From an uncultured Clostridia bacterium (GTDB lineage Bacteria > Bacillota > Clostridia > TANB77 > CAG-508): DNA of 57,618 nucleotides. The notes beneath the pieces were generated by a model. The model worked only from the letters and a program-made list of their open reading frames with translations, ran no database searches and had not been told where the DNA came from. The translations under genes were made by a program, and so were the position numbers. This document shows, one piece after another, positions 31,411 to 41,299 of the stretch; the first letter of the stretch is position 1; each line of letters starts with the position of its first letter. Location: positions 1 through 57,618 of the forward strand of contig CALXZU010000004.1 of the NCBI GenBank assembly GCA_944393325.1, written 5' to 3'.

Positions 31411-31604
31411 TAATCACATTTATTATTCATATAAAATTTTTTCATTGCAAGTTTATCTTGCACTCCACGAAGCGCTTCTCCAAATCTCTGGAAGTGTACT
31501 ACTTCTCTTTCTCTCAAATATCTTAATGGGTCTAATACATCTGGATTATCTCTACATAAATCAATTAATTTTTCATAAGTTGCCCTAGCTTTTTGTTCTG
31601 CTGC
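31410..31604 (-). pseudogene. cotJC: cotJC (Mn-catalase family) 3' fragment
   Basis: AAEQKARATYEKLI...DPLRYLREREVVHFQRFGE; similarity begins at the GCAGCAGA core (31597-31604). Confidence 0.88.
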
Positions 31605-31623
31605 ACCTTTGAAAGTACAACAA
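31597..31623 (-). other. Recombinase-proximal attachment junction: core plus attP arm
   Basis: Minus strand TTGTTGT-ACTTTCAAAGGT-GCAGCAGA, directly after the recombinase stop codon. Confidence 0.85.
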
Positions 31624-33186
31624 TTAAATTTTCCAATGTATTTCAATAGGTTTCTTCTTTGTTTCTGGGTCTTTTGCTCCTACTTCTATGTAATCAATTA
31701 AGTTTTCAACCATCTCTCTTGTTAATTCTGTTACATTAGTATACTTTTCTAATATATATTTTTTATTATTTAAAGCATCTTGCTCATTATCAATCTTCTG
31801 TAATTTTTGTTTTCTTTCATTCAATATTTTTTCAAGGTTTTCTTTTTCTTTATTAAAATTTTTGTTAAATTCTAAAAATTGTTCTTGCGTTATTATTTCA
31901 TTAACTTTATCCAAATATAAATTTTGTATAATTTTTGTTTTTTTATCTATAGTCATTTGATATTGAGAAATTTCTTTTCGCAATTCTTCCTTTTCATTTT
32001 TAAATTGTTTTAAAATAATACTTTCTTTTAATTCATCAACATTTAAATATTGTTCTATTAATGAATTCAGTTCCTTTAATACTGTCCTTTTAAGTACATT
32101 TTCTGATATGAAACTACCCTTGCAAGATGATTTATCGATTTGTCTTGTTGGACATCTTAAATATCTATCTTCACGAGTTTTACTACTTTTTAGAATATAG
32201 CCACAATATTTACATTTGCACTTTTTAGCAAATACTCCTATTTTTCCACCTTCAAATGGTTTAAAATTATTATTTACTTTTTTTTGTACCCTATTCCATA
32301 ATTCTATATCAATTATTGGTTCATGTGTATTTTTTACTATAACCCATTGATCTTTTGGTTTTGGTTTATTCTTTTTACTTTTATATGAAATACTACCATA
32401 TCTACCTTGTACCATATTTCCTATATACATCTCATTTGTTAACATACTTGAAATTGAAGAATACTTCCATAATGTTCCTGTTTTTCCTTTAGGTTTTTTA
32501 TATGCAATTCCTTGTTCTAATTTATATTGTGTAGGGTTTGGTATTCCTCTATTATTCAATATTCTAGCTATTGCTGTTTTCCCATAACCTTGATCATATA
32601 ACTTAAATACTTCTCTTACAGTTTGTGCAGCCTCTTCATCTATAATTAAATGCCCTTTTTTATCTGGATCTTTTTTATATCCATATAATGCTATTCCTCC
32701 AGTAAATAAACCATTTTTTCTTTTATTTTCTAAAACAGTTTTTATATTGTCTGATAAATCTTCTAAAAACCATTCATTTACCAGTCCATTAATTTGCCTT
32801 GACTTTTTATTTCCTTTTATATTAGTATCAGCATTATCAACCAAACCAACAAATCTTATTCCCCATTCAAGGAATAAACCATTTATGTATTTTTCTACTA
32901 ATTCCAATTCTCTTGTAAACCTGCTTTGACTTTTACATAAAATAATATCGATTTTTCTTTCTTCAGCTAACTTTAATACTTTATTAAAATCAGGTCTATT
33001 TCTATCTGCACCAGTATAATCATCATCACTATAAATACCTTCTATATCCCAACCTTGTTTTATCGCATACTCGGCTAGCATAAGTTTTTGGTTTTTTATA
33101 CTTGTACTATCATCCTCCTCATTTTCTTTATTTCTATCTTCCTCTGATAATCTGCAATATATTGCTACTTTTAATTTTTCGTTCAT
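31624..33186 (-). CDS. Large serine recombinase, SpoIVCA-like
   Basis: IYCRLS catalytic Ser, YSDDDYTG, SRFTR, recombinase domain, zinc ribbon CKYCG...RC...C, coiled coil. Confidence 0.93.
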   Translation of the reverse strand: MNEKLKVAIYCRLSEEDRNKENEEDDSTSIKNQKLMLAEYAIKQGWDIEGIYSDDDYTGADRNRPDFNKVLKLAEERKIDIILCKSQSRFTRELELVEKYINGLFLEWGIRFVGLVDNADTNIKGNKKSRQINGLVNEWFLEDLSDNIKTVLENKRKNGLFTGGIALYGYKKDPDKKGHLIIDEEAAQTVREVFKLYDQGYGKTAIARILNNRGIPNPTQYKLEQGIAYKKPKGKTGTLWKYSSISSMLTNEMYIGNMVQGRYGSISYKSKKNKPKPKDQWVIVKNTHEPIIDIELWNRVQKKVNNNFKPFEGGKIGVFAKKCKCKYCGYILKSSKTREDRYLRCPTRQIDKSSCKGSFISENVLKRTVLKELNSLIEQYLNVDELKESIILKQFKNEKEELRKEISQYQMTIDKKTKIIQNLYLDKVNEIITQEQFLEFNKNFNKEKENLEKILNERKQKLQKIDNEQDALNNKKYILEKYTNVTELTREMVENLIDYIEVGAKDPETKKKPIEIHWKI

Positions 33187-33282
33187 TTTATCAATTTCCT
33201 CCTAAATTAAAATTCAATAAAATGAACCAACACTATAATATATTTTATAATATAATGTTGGTTTCGTAAATTGTATGTTGGA

Positions 33283-33384
33283 TTATTTATTGATACTTAA
33301 ATTAACTATTTTTTGCCAGACTTCATTAAATTTTTTTCTTCTTTCCTCATCATTAGTTGAAATAAATACATTTATTATATCCAT
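33283..33384 (-). CDS. 33-aa ORF upstream of the recombinase, candidate directionality factor
   Basis: GAGGTG RBS then MDIINVFISTNDEERRKKFNEVWQKIVNLSINK*; not in the ORF track. Confidence 0.55.
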   Translation of the reverse strand: MDIINVFISTNDEERRKKFNEVWQKIVNLSINK

Positions 33385-33458
33385 GACAGCCACCTCATTT
33401 AATGATATTCAAATTTTTCATTTTTATAAACAGATTTTAATATTTGTATTATTATTAT

Positions 33459-33941
33459 TTACATTTCATTATTTATTATTTCATCTGCTAACTTTTCTAT
33501 TTCAACGGGAGAATGTAGTTCCATGAGTGTCAAAATATAGTTTCCGAATAATTTGCTTGTTATTTTTAAATTTCCAGAACTTTTTAAATTTTCTCTTGCA
33601 ACTATTCCATAAGACGCTACTTGTTTTCTTGTAATAAATTCTGTTTTTTCTTCTTTTTCTAAAGCTATCCTTTCAAAATAACTTTCATCTTTAGTAGCTT
33701 TATCAATATCAATTCCTAGTGAAATAATAATTCCCTTATCTACTTCTTGCATTTCTTTTGAATTTAATGTTCCTATATAATATCTTAATCTTTCTTTATC
33801 AATGACTCTTATTTGCTCAAGTAAAATTAAAGAATTTTTAGGTAATCTTTTTGCATCACCTTTTATAAAAATGTGAGTAGGCAATTTTGCCTTAACTTTT
33901 ACTTTACTTGTAATAGGTGCAATTATTACTGTTGGACTATA
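33459..33941 (-). pseudogene. 5'-truncated PemK/MazF-family toxin with C-terminal extension
   Basis: YSPTVIIAPITS...LPTH...LLEQIRVIDKERL...IGTL; N-terminal segment and start absent. Confidence 0.75.
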
Positions 33942-33959
33942 AATATAAGAAGTTCGTTA

Positions 33960-34100
33960 GTTCCATTAAACACATACCGTTCAATAAAAACTCAAAACAA
34001 ACTGCTTAATATATTTGATATTTATGAGGATAATATTACTCCAAAACAATTTTTGAAAACATTTGTAACCTATCTTAGATACAAAAAAAATAAGAAATAA
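33960..34100 (+). pseudogene. Possible 3' remnant of an unknown divergent gene
   Basis: VPLNTYRSIKTQNKLLNIFDIYEDNITPKQFLKTFVTYLRYKKNKK* with no own start or RBS. Confidence 0.35.
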
Positions 34101-34138
34101 GTTAATAGATTTTATCTTAAAACTTATTTCTTGTTTTT

Positions 34139-35323
34139 TTATTTATAAATATACTCTTTATAGTCTTTTAATATTCCCTCTACTCTTTCTTCAAATGGTT
34201 CTCTTACTAATGCATTAATTTTATTTCCACTAACTCTCATTGCATTTTGAAAATCTTTTAACCCTATATCGTTTTCTATTAAATTGAAAACAGGAGCATT
34301 TTGTTCTAATTTTTCTTCTGATTTTTTTATTACATTAATGTCAAACTTTGAAAATACCATATCTGGTCTTTTATCCATTATCTTATTAAATGTTTCTTCA
34401 GAATTTTTAGCAGTTGCAACAACCTCTGCATAATCTATATTATTTATTGTATTAACCAATCTATTTAATATATTATCATTATCATAAGAAACTAACACTT
34501 TAATTTTGTCTTTTAAATAATTTCTATTATAATCTTCATTCATTATTTTTACAATTTCATTAACTCCTTGATTTAAAGCATTTCCTATTACTACATCTTT
34601 CTTATTTATTGTTCTAACAATATTTCCATTTGCAGTAACAAGATTATATTTGCTTTCCATATCATCATTATCTCTGTAATTTACTTTACCTATGTTTTTA
34701 TAATTTTTTTGGAATATTTCTTTAGTAGACTCAAATTGTTCATCTGTGATTTCAAATTTTTCTTCATTTTCTTTTGCTAATTCTCTTAATGGAGCGAATC
34801 TAAATATTCTCCATTCATTTATTTTATAATTAGAATTTAAAAATTCTCCAAGTTCTTCTATGTAATCAATATTTAATTTTGTTACAACAGTATTTATTTT
34901 GATTCTAATATTTTTACCGTTTAAAATATCTAATACTTTTTTTATTTCTGCAAAATGATTTTTACCTCTACCCATTTGTTCATTTATATCATCATTAATT
35001 GTATCTAATGATAATGTTATAGTATCTAAATAATTTATTGCTTCTCTCATTTTTTCATTATTTGCAATTATAGAACCATTTGTTATTAATTTACTTTTTA
35101 CTCCGTTTTGTTTTGCTATTTTTAACAATTCTATAATATTAGGATATAACAATGCTTCTCCTCCAGAAAAAGTTATATAATTCACACCTGCTCTTATTAA
35201 TTTCATAAGAACCTCTTTGTTTTCTTCAAGACTTAATTCTGGAATATTTCTAAATCCATGACAATAAGCACATTTTTGATTACACCTTGTTGTAATTAAC
35301 CAACATACTTCTCTTTTCTTCAT
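34139..35323 (-). CDS. Radical SAM protein fused to a C-terminal receiver-like domain
   Basis: CNQKCAYC, SGGE, TNGS motifs; C-terminal KIKVLVSYDN...EVVATAKNSEETFNKIMDKRPDMVF. Confidence 0.75.
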   Translation of the reverse strand: MKKREVCWLITTRCNQKCAYCHGFRNIPELSLEENKEVLMKLIRAGVNYITFSGGEALLYPNIIELLKIAKQNGVKSKLITNGSIIANNEKMREAINYLDTITLSLDTINDDINEQMGRGKNHFAEIKKVLDILNGKNIRIKINTVVTKLNIDYIEELGEFLNSNYKINEWRIFRFAPLRELAKENEEKFEITDEQFESTKEIFQKNYKNIGKVNYRDNDDMESKYNLVTANGNIVRTINKKDVVIGNALNQGVNEIVKIMNEDYNRNYLKDKIKVLVSYDNDNILNRLVNTINNIDYAEVVATAKNSEETFNKIMDKRPDMVFSKFDINVIKKSEEKLEQNAPVFNLIENDIGLKDFQNAMRVSGNKINALVREPFEERVEGILKDYKEYIYK

Positions 35324-35410
35324 TATTTTAACATCCTTCCTATATTATGTATGTTGATTATATACCAATTTTTACCATTTGTCTATTATCAAAACAGCAA
35401 CAGCTGTTCA

Positions 35411-37325
35411 ATCGAGTAGGAACTAAGTGATTATTTCACTTAGTGTCCTCTCACACCACCGTACATACCGTTCGGTATACGGCGGTTCAATAGAATTAAT
35501 ACTTTAACAGTGTATACTAGAAAGACTTAGATATCCTAATCTTTCTAGTGTTTTATTATTTAAAGCTATATGCATTTCTGGCGTATTCGATATTCTCCAA
35601 TATGATTTCCTTGAATTTGCTATTCTGTAAGCTTTATCTTTATTTATTCCCATTTTTATCAGGTTATCATATTTTGTTTTGATTTTCTTCCATTGTTTCC
35701 AATAGCACATTCTTATTCTTCTTCGTATCCATTCATCTAGTTTTTGTACTATCTTTTTCATGTTTGCTATTTTGAAATAATTTACCCGACCTCTTATTAC
35801 TTGTCTCAGCTTTAGAAATCTTGTTTCCATACTCATTGCGTTACTCCTTGATGTTATTTCTCGTATTTTATCTTTGAATTTCTCTATTGACTTTGCGTGT
35901 ATTCTTATTTCAACTTCTCCTTTGCTTTGATAAAAAGAAAATCCTAGGTATTTTATTCTCCATGGTCTATCAACTTTGCTTTTCTCTCTGTTTACTCTTA
36001 GTCTTAATTTCTTCTCAATGAACTTGGTAATGCTTTCCATTACTCTTTCTGCTGCTTTTCTACTCTTGGTAAAGATTATACAGTCATCTGCATAGCGAAC
36101 AAACTGCAATCCTCTTTTTTCAAGTTCTTTGTCTAGTTCATTAAGCATAATGTTACTTAGTATTGGAGATATGTTTCCTCCTTGTGGTGTTCCTTTTTCT
36201 GTCTTTTCAAATACTCCATTTACTAGTACTCCTGCTTGTAGATACTTTCTTATTAGCGACACAACTTTATCTTCATTTACTGTTCTTCTGATTATTGATA
36301 TTAGCAAATCTTGGTTTACTGTATCAAAGAATTTCTCTAAGTCTAAGTCTACTACCCATTTATATCCATTATTCATTATTTCTTTAGCCTTTAGTATTGC
36401 TTCGTGGCAACTTCTATTTGGTCTGAATCCATAACTATTTCCTGAAAATATTGGTTCATAGATTTTGCTTAATTGTTGTGCTATTGCTTGTTGTATCACT
36501 CTATCTACTACTGTGGGTATTCCTAGCTTTCTTTTGTTTCCGTCTGCTTTTGGTATTTCTACCCTTCTTACTGCCTTGGGATTGTATTCCCCTTTCCTAA
36601 TGTCTTCCTTGATTTGTTCGCCGTTTTCTTTCAGATATTGTAGAAGTTCATCTACCTGCATATCGTCAATTCCACTAGCTCCTTTATTTCCTTTCACTCT
36701 TTTATATGCTAAGTTCATATTATCTCGTGAAAGTATTTCCTCAAGTATTTCATTAGTTACTGTTTTAGTATCGATTTCTTCTAATTCAGACACATCAAGA
36801 ACACTAGGTACTTCTACTTTACCTTCAGTTTCCAACCTATTCTCTTGTAGATAGTCTTCTATTCGAAGTTGTCTACCATTTTCATATTCTTGATTACCTT
36901 TCATTAAAACAAATCCTCCTATCGTTCAACCCTTCACAATTCGTATATATCCAAATTGCTACTATGGTATCTGCTGACTTCTGATATTTCATTCTAATAT
37001 CACTATTAGCATTTTCATATCTATTTCAAGATATTTCCAAAATACCAGACCTCCCCAGGTAAGAACAACAACCTTCATCTCATATATCTGCCACATTTAC
37101 TGTATGAGCTTCGGATAGTTACTAGGGCTTTGCTTTGTTTAGCAAGCTCGCCCAACTCAATTCAGCCTTATATGTGATTTCTGTTCGTCAGACCGAGATT
37201 TTGCAACTCTGGCTTCTTTCAGATTCCTCCTCACGAAGGACACCCTTGCCATTTACTAACAGTTCGCCACTATCAGGCACTGTATGGGACTTTCACCCAC
37301 AAGTTGTTGCCCATGCTGGGCACAC
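35411..37325 (-). mobile_element. Class C (IIC) group II intron, 1915 nt
   Basis: 5' GTGTGCCC, domain V GAACCGCCGTATACCGAACGGTATGTACGGTGGTGT, domain VI ending CTCGAT; inserted just after an intrinsic terminator. Confidence 0.93.
35504..36904 (-). CDS. ltrA: Group II intron reverse transcriptase/maturase, no endonuclease domain
   Basis: LGIPTVVDR, GTPQGGNISP, RYADD, domain X. Confidence 0.93.
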   Translation of the reverse strand: MKGNQEYENGRQLRIEDYLQENRLETEGKVEVPSVLDVSELEEIDTKTVTNEILEEILSRDNMNLAYKRVKGNKGASGIDDMQVDELLQYLKENGEQIKEDIRKGEYNPKAVRRVEIPKADGNKRKLGIPTVVDRVIQQAIAQQLSKIYEPIFSGNSYGFRPNRSCHEAILKAKEIMNNGYKWVVDLDLEKFFDTVNQDLLISIIRRTVNEDKVVSLIRKYLQAGVLVNGVFEKTEKGTPQGGNISPILSNIMLNELDKELEKRGLQFVRYADDCIIFTKSRKAAERVMESITKFIEKKLRLRVNREKSKVDRPWRIKYLGFSFYQSKGEVEIRIHAKSIEKFKDKIREITSRSNAMSMETRFLKLRQVIRGRVNYFKIANMKKIVQKLDEWIRRRIRMCYWKQWKKIKTKYDNLIKMGINKDKAYRIANSRKSYWRISNTPEMHIALNNKTLERLGYLSLSSIHC

Positions 37326-37326
37326 T

Positions 37327-37370
37327 AAAAAAGCAGCAGACTATGAATTATATCATAGTCTGTTGCTTTT
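37327..37370 (-). terminator. Intrinsic terminator serving as IIC intron 5' exon target
   Basis: AAAAGCAACAGACTATGA-loop-TCATAGTCTGCTGCTTTTTT then A, then intron. Confidence 0.85.
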
Positions 37371-37385
37371 TATAACTTTCAATAA

Positions 37386-37883
37386 CTATAATCTTAATAA
37401 TATCAGGTATATTATAATTGATATTATTATAATTATTATGATGAGCATTATTTGCAATTCATATTTATAAAAAAAATCTATTATTTTATATTTTAATTTT
37501 TTTACAAATAGAATTACATTAGAATTTTTTATTTTTGAAAAATGTTTTGTTTTTCTATTTGGAACATTTAATTTAATTCTATTTAAAGAATTCTTACATT
37601 TTTCCTTTACATTAGAAAAGGAAAGTTGAACTTCTTGCCATTTTTCGTCAATTTGGTATTTATATTTAGTATTATAATTATTTTGAAACTCTGCAAATTT
37701 TTCTTTTAATATTGGTGAAATTTTAGCAATACCTATCCCTATAAAATATATCAATTGCTGTATTGCTATTATAAAAATTTTAAATAAAAATACAATTCCT
37801 TTACCTATTAAAATAATAATATTCCAAATAAAAAACCACTTTATAAACTCATCAAAAAAATTCCGTTCATTATTTTCGCTCAT
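37386..37883 (-). CDS. Hypothetical membrane protein
   Basis: 165 aa, N- and C-terminal hydrophobic segments, GGAGG RBS. Confidence 0.6.
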   Translation of the reverse strand: MSENNERNFFDEFIKWFFIWNIIILIGKGIVFLFKIFIIAIQQLIYFIGIGIAKISPILKEKFAEFQNNYNTKYKYQIDEKWQEVQLSFSNVKEKCKNSLNRIKLNVPNRKTKHFSKIKNSNVILFVKKLKYKIIDFFYKYELQIMLIIIIIIISIIIYLILLRL

Positions 37884-37972
37884 TTTTCTTCCTCCACATA
37901 TAGATAGCTTTGAAAGTTAAAGTTAGGGGTACTACAAATAGTAATACCCCTAACTCATTATGCTATTTCTCC

Positions 37973-39928
37973 TTAACTCAACCTCATTCTATAAACTTGT
38001 GTACTATTTTGTATGAACAAATATGTACAAGCATTTTTCATATCCTCTCTGATAAAAATTTTGGAATCTTTATTTACGACTCCAATATTTATCTGACTGA
38101 CTGTTGACTCTTCAACTGTTTTACCTGATTTCAAGAACAGAACTCTTTTATCAGCTGGAATCACAAGCATCCAGTTGAAATAGATACTATTCTTAAGATT
38201 GAGTCCTCCGAATGAAAACGCTCGGAATTGTTTGAGAACTCTTCCTTTACGTCTGACTATATAACAGTCATATCCATTCGAATTTCTCCTTTTGTTGATT
38301 ACACACCAATTTTTACTTATGCTATCATACTTGATAGCTCTTGGGAACTGTTCCATCAGCTGTTTTTTCTGCTGACCGTTAACCTTGATATCCAAATGCC
38401 CAGCTCCATTTATTGCACATATACAGTAATCTCCATCTCTATTAATCTCATAGATAAATGGATTATCCTCTGCATTTGCAACTGTTACTGCGCAATTATC
38501 AACAGTCATATAGACTTTAATCAGCTCGTTTTTACCATTCACATAGAATAAATAATCTCCACTGATTTTTAGTCTTGAACTCTGCTTTAAAATAATAGCT
38601 GAATACAATTTCTTTCCAGCTTTATTGCAGATTTCCAGATTACAGGCAGGATTATTAGAATCTCTACACTTCTTTAATTTCTCTCCAAATGAACAATTCC
38701 CATAAAGAGAATTAAATTTTCCAAAGAGAGTATAAAAGAACTGCTTTATTCTACTTATTGCCCTAACGCTAATGGTAATCCCATTTCCCAAAAAATACAT
38801 TTCCTTTACACGAGAATCAACCTCTTTTTCTATTGTACTTCCATCTGAATTAATGTGAATAGCCTTTTCATTAAAGTCAAAATAGGTTGAATCGTCTATA
38901 ACCTTTCTGACTTCATTATCTGGAAATATTGCATATCTTCCATACGAAATCGAAGTTACGCTATAAGTTCTAAATGTTTCTAAGGCATTTTCACTAGAAG
39001 ACTTACAGACTGGACATTTTGAATATCTTGAAGAATTGTAATAATGACCTTTTTTACACTTTTTCAGGCTTTTCCTCGTTAATTCGAGTGAATCCAAGAT
39101 ATTAAATCTTTTTCCACCTTCAAAGATTTTTAGGAAGTCATTTTGCAATCCCTCAGACATCCATGCTACATGTTCAATCTTAAAGCTGTCAAGTTTTTTC
39201 AGATTATGATTACCAATAATTGAAATACGATTCAATGCTTTTAAAGGTTGATCATAATCACGTGCAAGTGGATATACACCATCAAATGGATTAAATCCAA
39301 CAAGCATTTCAAAAACAACAACAGCTAATGAGAAACAATCGGACTGTTGTGTGTATTGGTCAATAACAACGCCATTTGCACTAAAGTCCCTTACTTGAGG
39401 GTCAATGTACTCAACTCTTCCTGTTTTATCGGCTTCATATCGTCCTTCAATTCCCCATGTATCAGTATCACATACAAAAACATCTCCATCTCTTGTCATG
39501 AACTGATCGGCATGGAAATCACCGATAATAATTCCTTCTGAGTGTAAATCTTTTACAAGTTCTGCTAATTTACACGCTATGTTAAGAATTTTTCTCTCAT
39601 CCATTGCGTGTTTTCTAGCCTTAATTTGAAAATCTTTAAGACTTACACAATTTTTAAGCATAGGCATTGTGTATCCACAGCATCTTCCATTGCATCTAAT
39701 GATTTCTTCTGGCAAAGCAGCATTTGGGAAACGACTCTTATATTTTATCAGCTCCCTAAGTTTTGCTTCCTTTTCCCGAATATTAGAATAATCAGTAAGT
39801 GCAAATATCTTAATTACCTTTTCGTTCTTGTTATCATAGTAAATAATTGATTGATCTCCAACTGGTCCTTCGGTAAGTTTACTAAGAAAATTAAGATAAG
39901 ACTTTTTGCTTGCAAAATCGTAACGCAT
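37973..39928 (-). CDS. Ser/Thr protein kinase-like protein, YegI/TerY-associated type
   Basis: KVIKIF, IGDFHADQF, CDTDTW, SDCFSLAVVVFEML, HYY...CPVC knuckle, beta-rich C-terminus. Confidence 0.75.
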   Translation of the reverse strand: MRYDFASKKSYLNFLSKLTEGPVGDQSIIYYDNKNEKVIKIFALTDYSNIREKEAKLRELIKYKSRFPNAALPEEIIRCNGRCCGYTMPMLKNCVSLKDFQIKARKHAMDERKILNIACKLAELVKDLHSEGIIIGDFHADQFMTRDGDVFVCDTDTWGIEGRYEADKTGRVEYIDPQVRDFSANGVVIDQYTQQSDCFSLAVVVFEMLVGFNPFDGVYPLARDYDQPLKALNRISIIGNHNLKKLDSFKIEHVAWMSEGLQNDFLKIFEGGKRFNILDSLELTRKSLKKCKKGHYYNSSRYSKCPVCKSSSENALETFRTYSVTSISYGRYAIFPDNEVRKVIDDSTYFDFNEKAIHINSDGSTIEKEVDSRVKEMYFLGNGITISVRAISRIKQFFYTLFGKFNSLYGNCSFGEKLKKCRDSNNPACNLEICNKAGKKLYSAIILKQSSRLKISGDYLFYVNGKNELIKVYMTVDNCAVTVANAEDNPFIYEINRDGDYCICAINGAGHLDIKVNGQQKKQLMEQFPRAIKYDSISKNWCVINKRRNSNGYDCYIVRRKGRVLKQFRAFSFGGLNLKNSIYFNWMLVIPADKRVLFLKSGKTVEESTVSQINIGVVNKDSKIFIREDMKNACTYLFIQNSTQVYRMRLS

Positions 39929-40177
39929 AATTTCCTCCTATCATAGAGTTTCCTTTTTGTGGGATATAGCATATGATTGGTAGATTTTACTACCATTGTC
40001 AAAGTTCTTAGTTAAGAATTTTGAAAAAAACTCTTTAACTGCAAATATTTTATCATTTTTTATCATTTTTGTCAATATTATGTAAATATAAGTTGCTATT
40101 AGCAATATTGTTAATTAATAATTTATTATAATTATAGAAAAGAAGCCCAAATATGGACTTCTTTTCTATAGCTCATT

Positions 40178-41200
40178 TCAAGACCACTTTTTAATAATCC
40201 TTCTTATAAATTGTGTACTTTCAGGAACATATGCGTTGAGATTATCAGCATTTATTATATAAAAAGCAAATATCTCAGCAAAATATTCTTCTTTAGAAGA
40301 AATAGCATAGTAAAACTCTTTTTCAAGTTTATAAAAGTTTACTAGCCTCATTTTTTCTGAAAAGCACACTTTTTCAAAGTAATTTTTATTACTAGCAAAA
40401 TTTTCTTTGTAGTCTAAATAGTGTCCGAATTCATGCAATGTGGTCTTTTTGATATCTGGTGCTGAGCTTCTTATAATTATCTTCTTATTGAAACTCGAAC
40501 ACAATCCATAAATAGAATTTCCCTCAATTTCTTCATGAGAAATCCTTATTTTCCACCTATCATTTATAAATCTTCGTTGCAATTTAATAGGTAGCATCAA
40601 AAAAGCATCTTTTACACTCTCTACTTGGTCATTAATTACATCCCGACCTATTTCAATATAATTAGGTAATTGAAAAATATTTTCATTAAAAATTTCACCA
40701 GTTACCCATTTCTTTAAATAAAGATATAGTGATGATAGCTTTTTGCTTGTATAATTTCCTTCTGTTTCTATAACAAACGAAAACATTTCAGAAAATATTT
40801 GTATTTCGTCATAATGGAAAACTTCTCTAAAGGTCATAAATAGTCTAATTTCATTTTCTTTATCTTTTATAATTCGATTAAATGTTTTTGAGTTTTGAAG
40901 ATTTGCATACTCTATATAGACATAACAAGCCATAGCTTTCCAAATAATATTGTCCAATACAGTAGGAATAGATATGTTAATCCATATCTTTTTATCATTT
41001 CCATTAGCAAAATACTGCACAAATGCACCACCACATTCTTCAGGCATATTGTCAGTTATAATCAATTGCCACATATCCTCTATGAAACGCTTTTTCCAAA
41101 ATGCAGGCACTTTTCCTAATTGCTTGTTTAAAGATTCAATTCTCCTTTTATTTAGAGTTTTGGAATGAAGTATTGGAGCTCTTTTTGAACTATTAAACAT
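40178..41200 (-). CDS. ATLF/PPEP-1-like zinc metallopeptidase with a degenerate N-terminal repeat
   Basis: TLHEFGHYLD plus EEYFAE; two internally similar halves. Confidence 0.7.
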   Translation of the reverse strand: MFNSSKRAPILHSKTLNKRRIESLNKQLGKVPAFWKKRFIEDMWQLIITDNMPEECGGAFVQYFANGNDKKIWINISIPTVLDNIIWKAMACYVYIEYANLQNSKTFNRIIKDKENEIRLFMTFREVFHYDEIQIFSEMFSFVIETEGNYTSKKLSSLYLYLKKWVTGEIFNENIFQLPNYIEIGRDVINDQVESVKDAFLMLPIKLQRRFINDRWKIRISHEEIEGNSIYGLCSSFNKKIIIRSSAPDIKKTTLHEFGHYLDYKENFASNKNYFEKVCFSEKMRLVNFYKLEKEFYYAISSKEEYFAEIFAFYIINADNLNAYVPESTQFIRRIIKKWS

Positions 41201-41299
41201 AACAACTCCTCCTTATGGTCGAAACAAGCTATTTATTAAGTTATACACCATATATATTATCATTTTTAAAATATTATGTCAAGTTTCTTTTTCTACCTA

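Noticed and set aside
31410-31646. ORF-track 78-aa protein as a standalone gene
   Set aside because: Its first 14 or so codons come from the recombinase end and att arm; the rest is the cotJC 3' fragment
34139-35323. Calling the radical SAM protein a prokaryotic viperin
   Set aside because: The N-x-H motif before CxxxCxxC is absent; cannot be supported without a phylogeny
35420-35446. ACACTAAGTGAA shared between intron domain VI and the 19-bp direct repeat
   Set aside because: Only 12 bp, and explained by the domain VI stem; no further similarity
37135-37470. Plus-strand ORF over the intron 5' end, and the many short Leu/Phe/Ile-rich antisense ORFs in the track
   Set aside because: Shadows of real minus-strand genes or structured RNA in AT-rich DNA; no RBS or motifs
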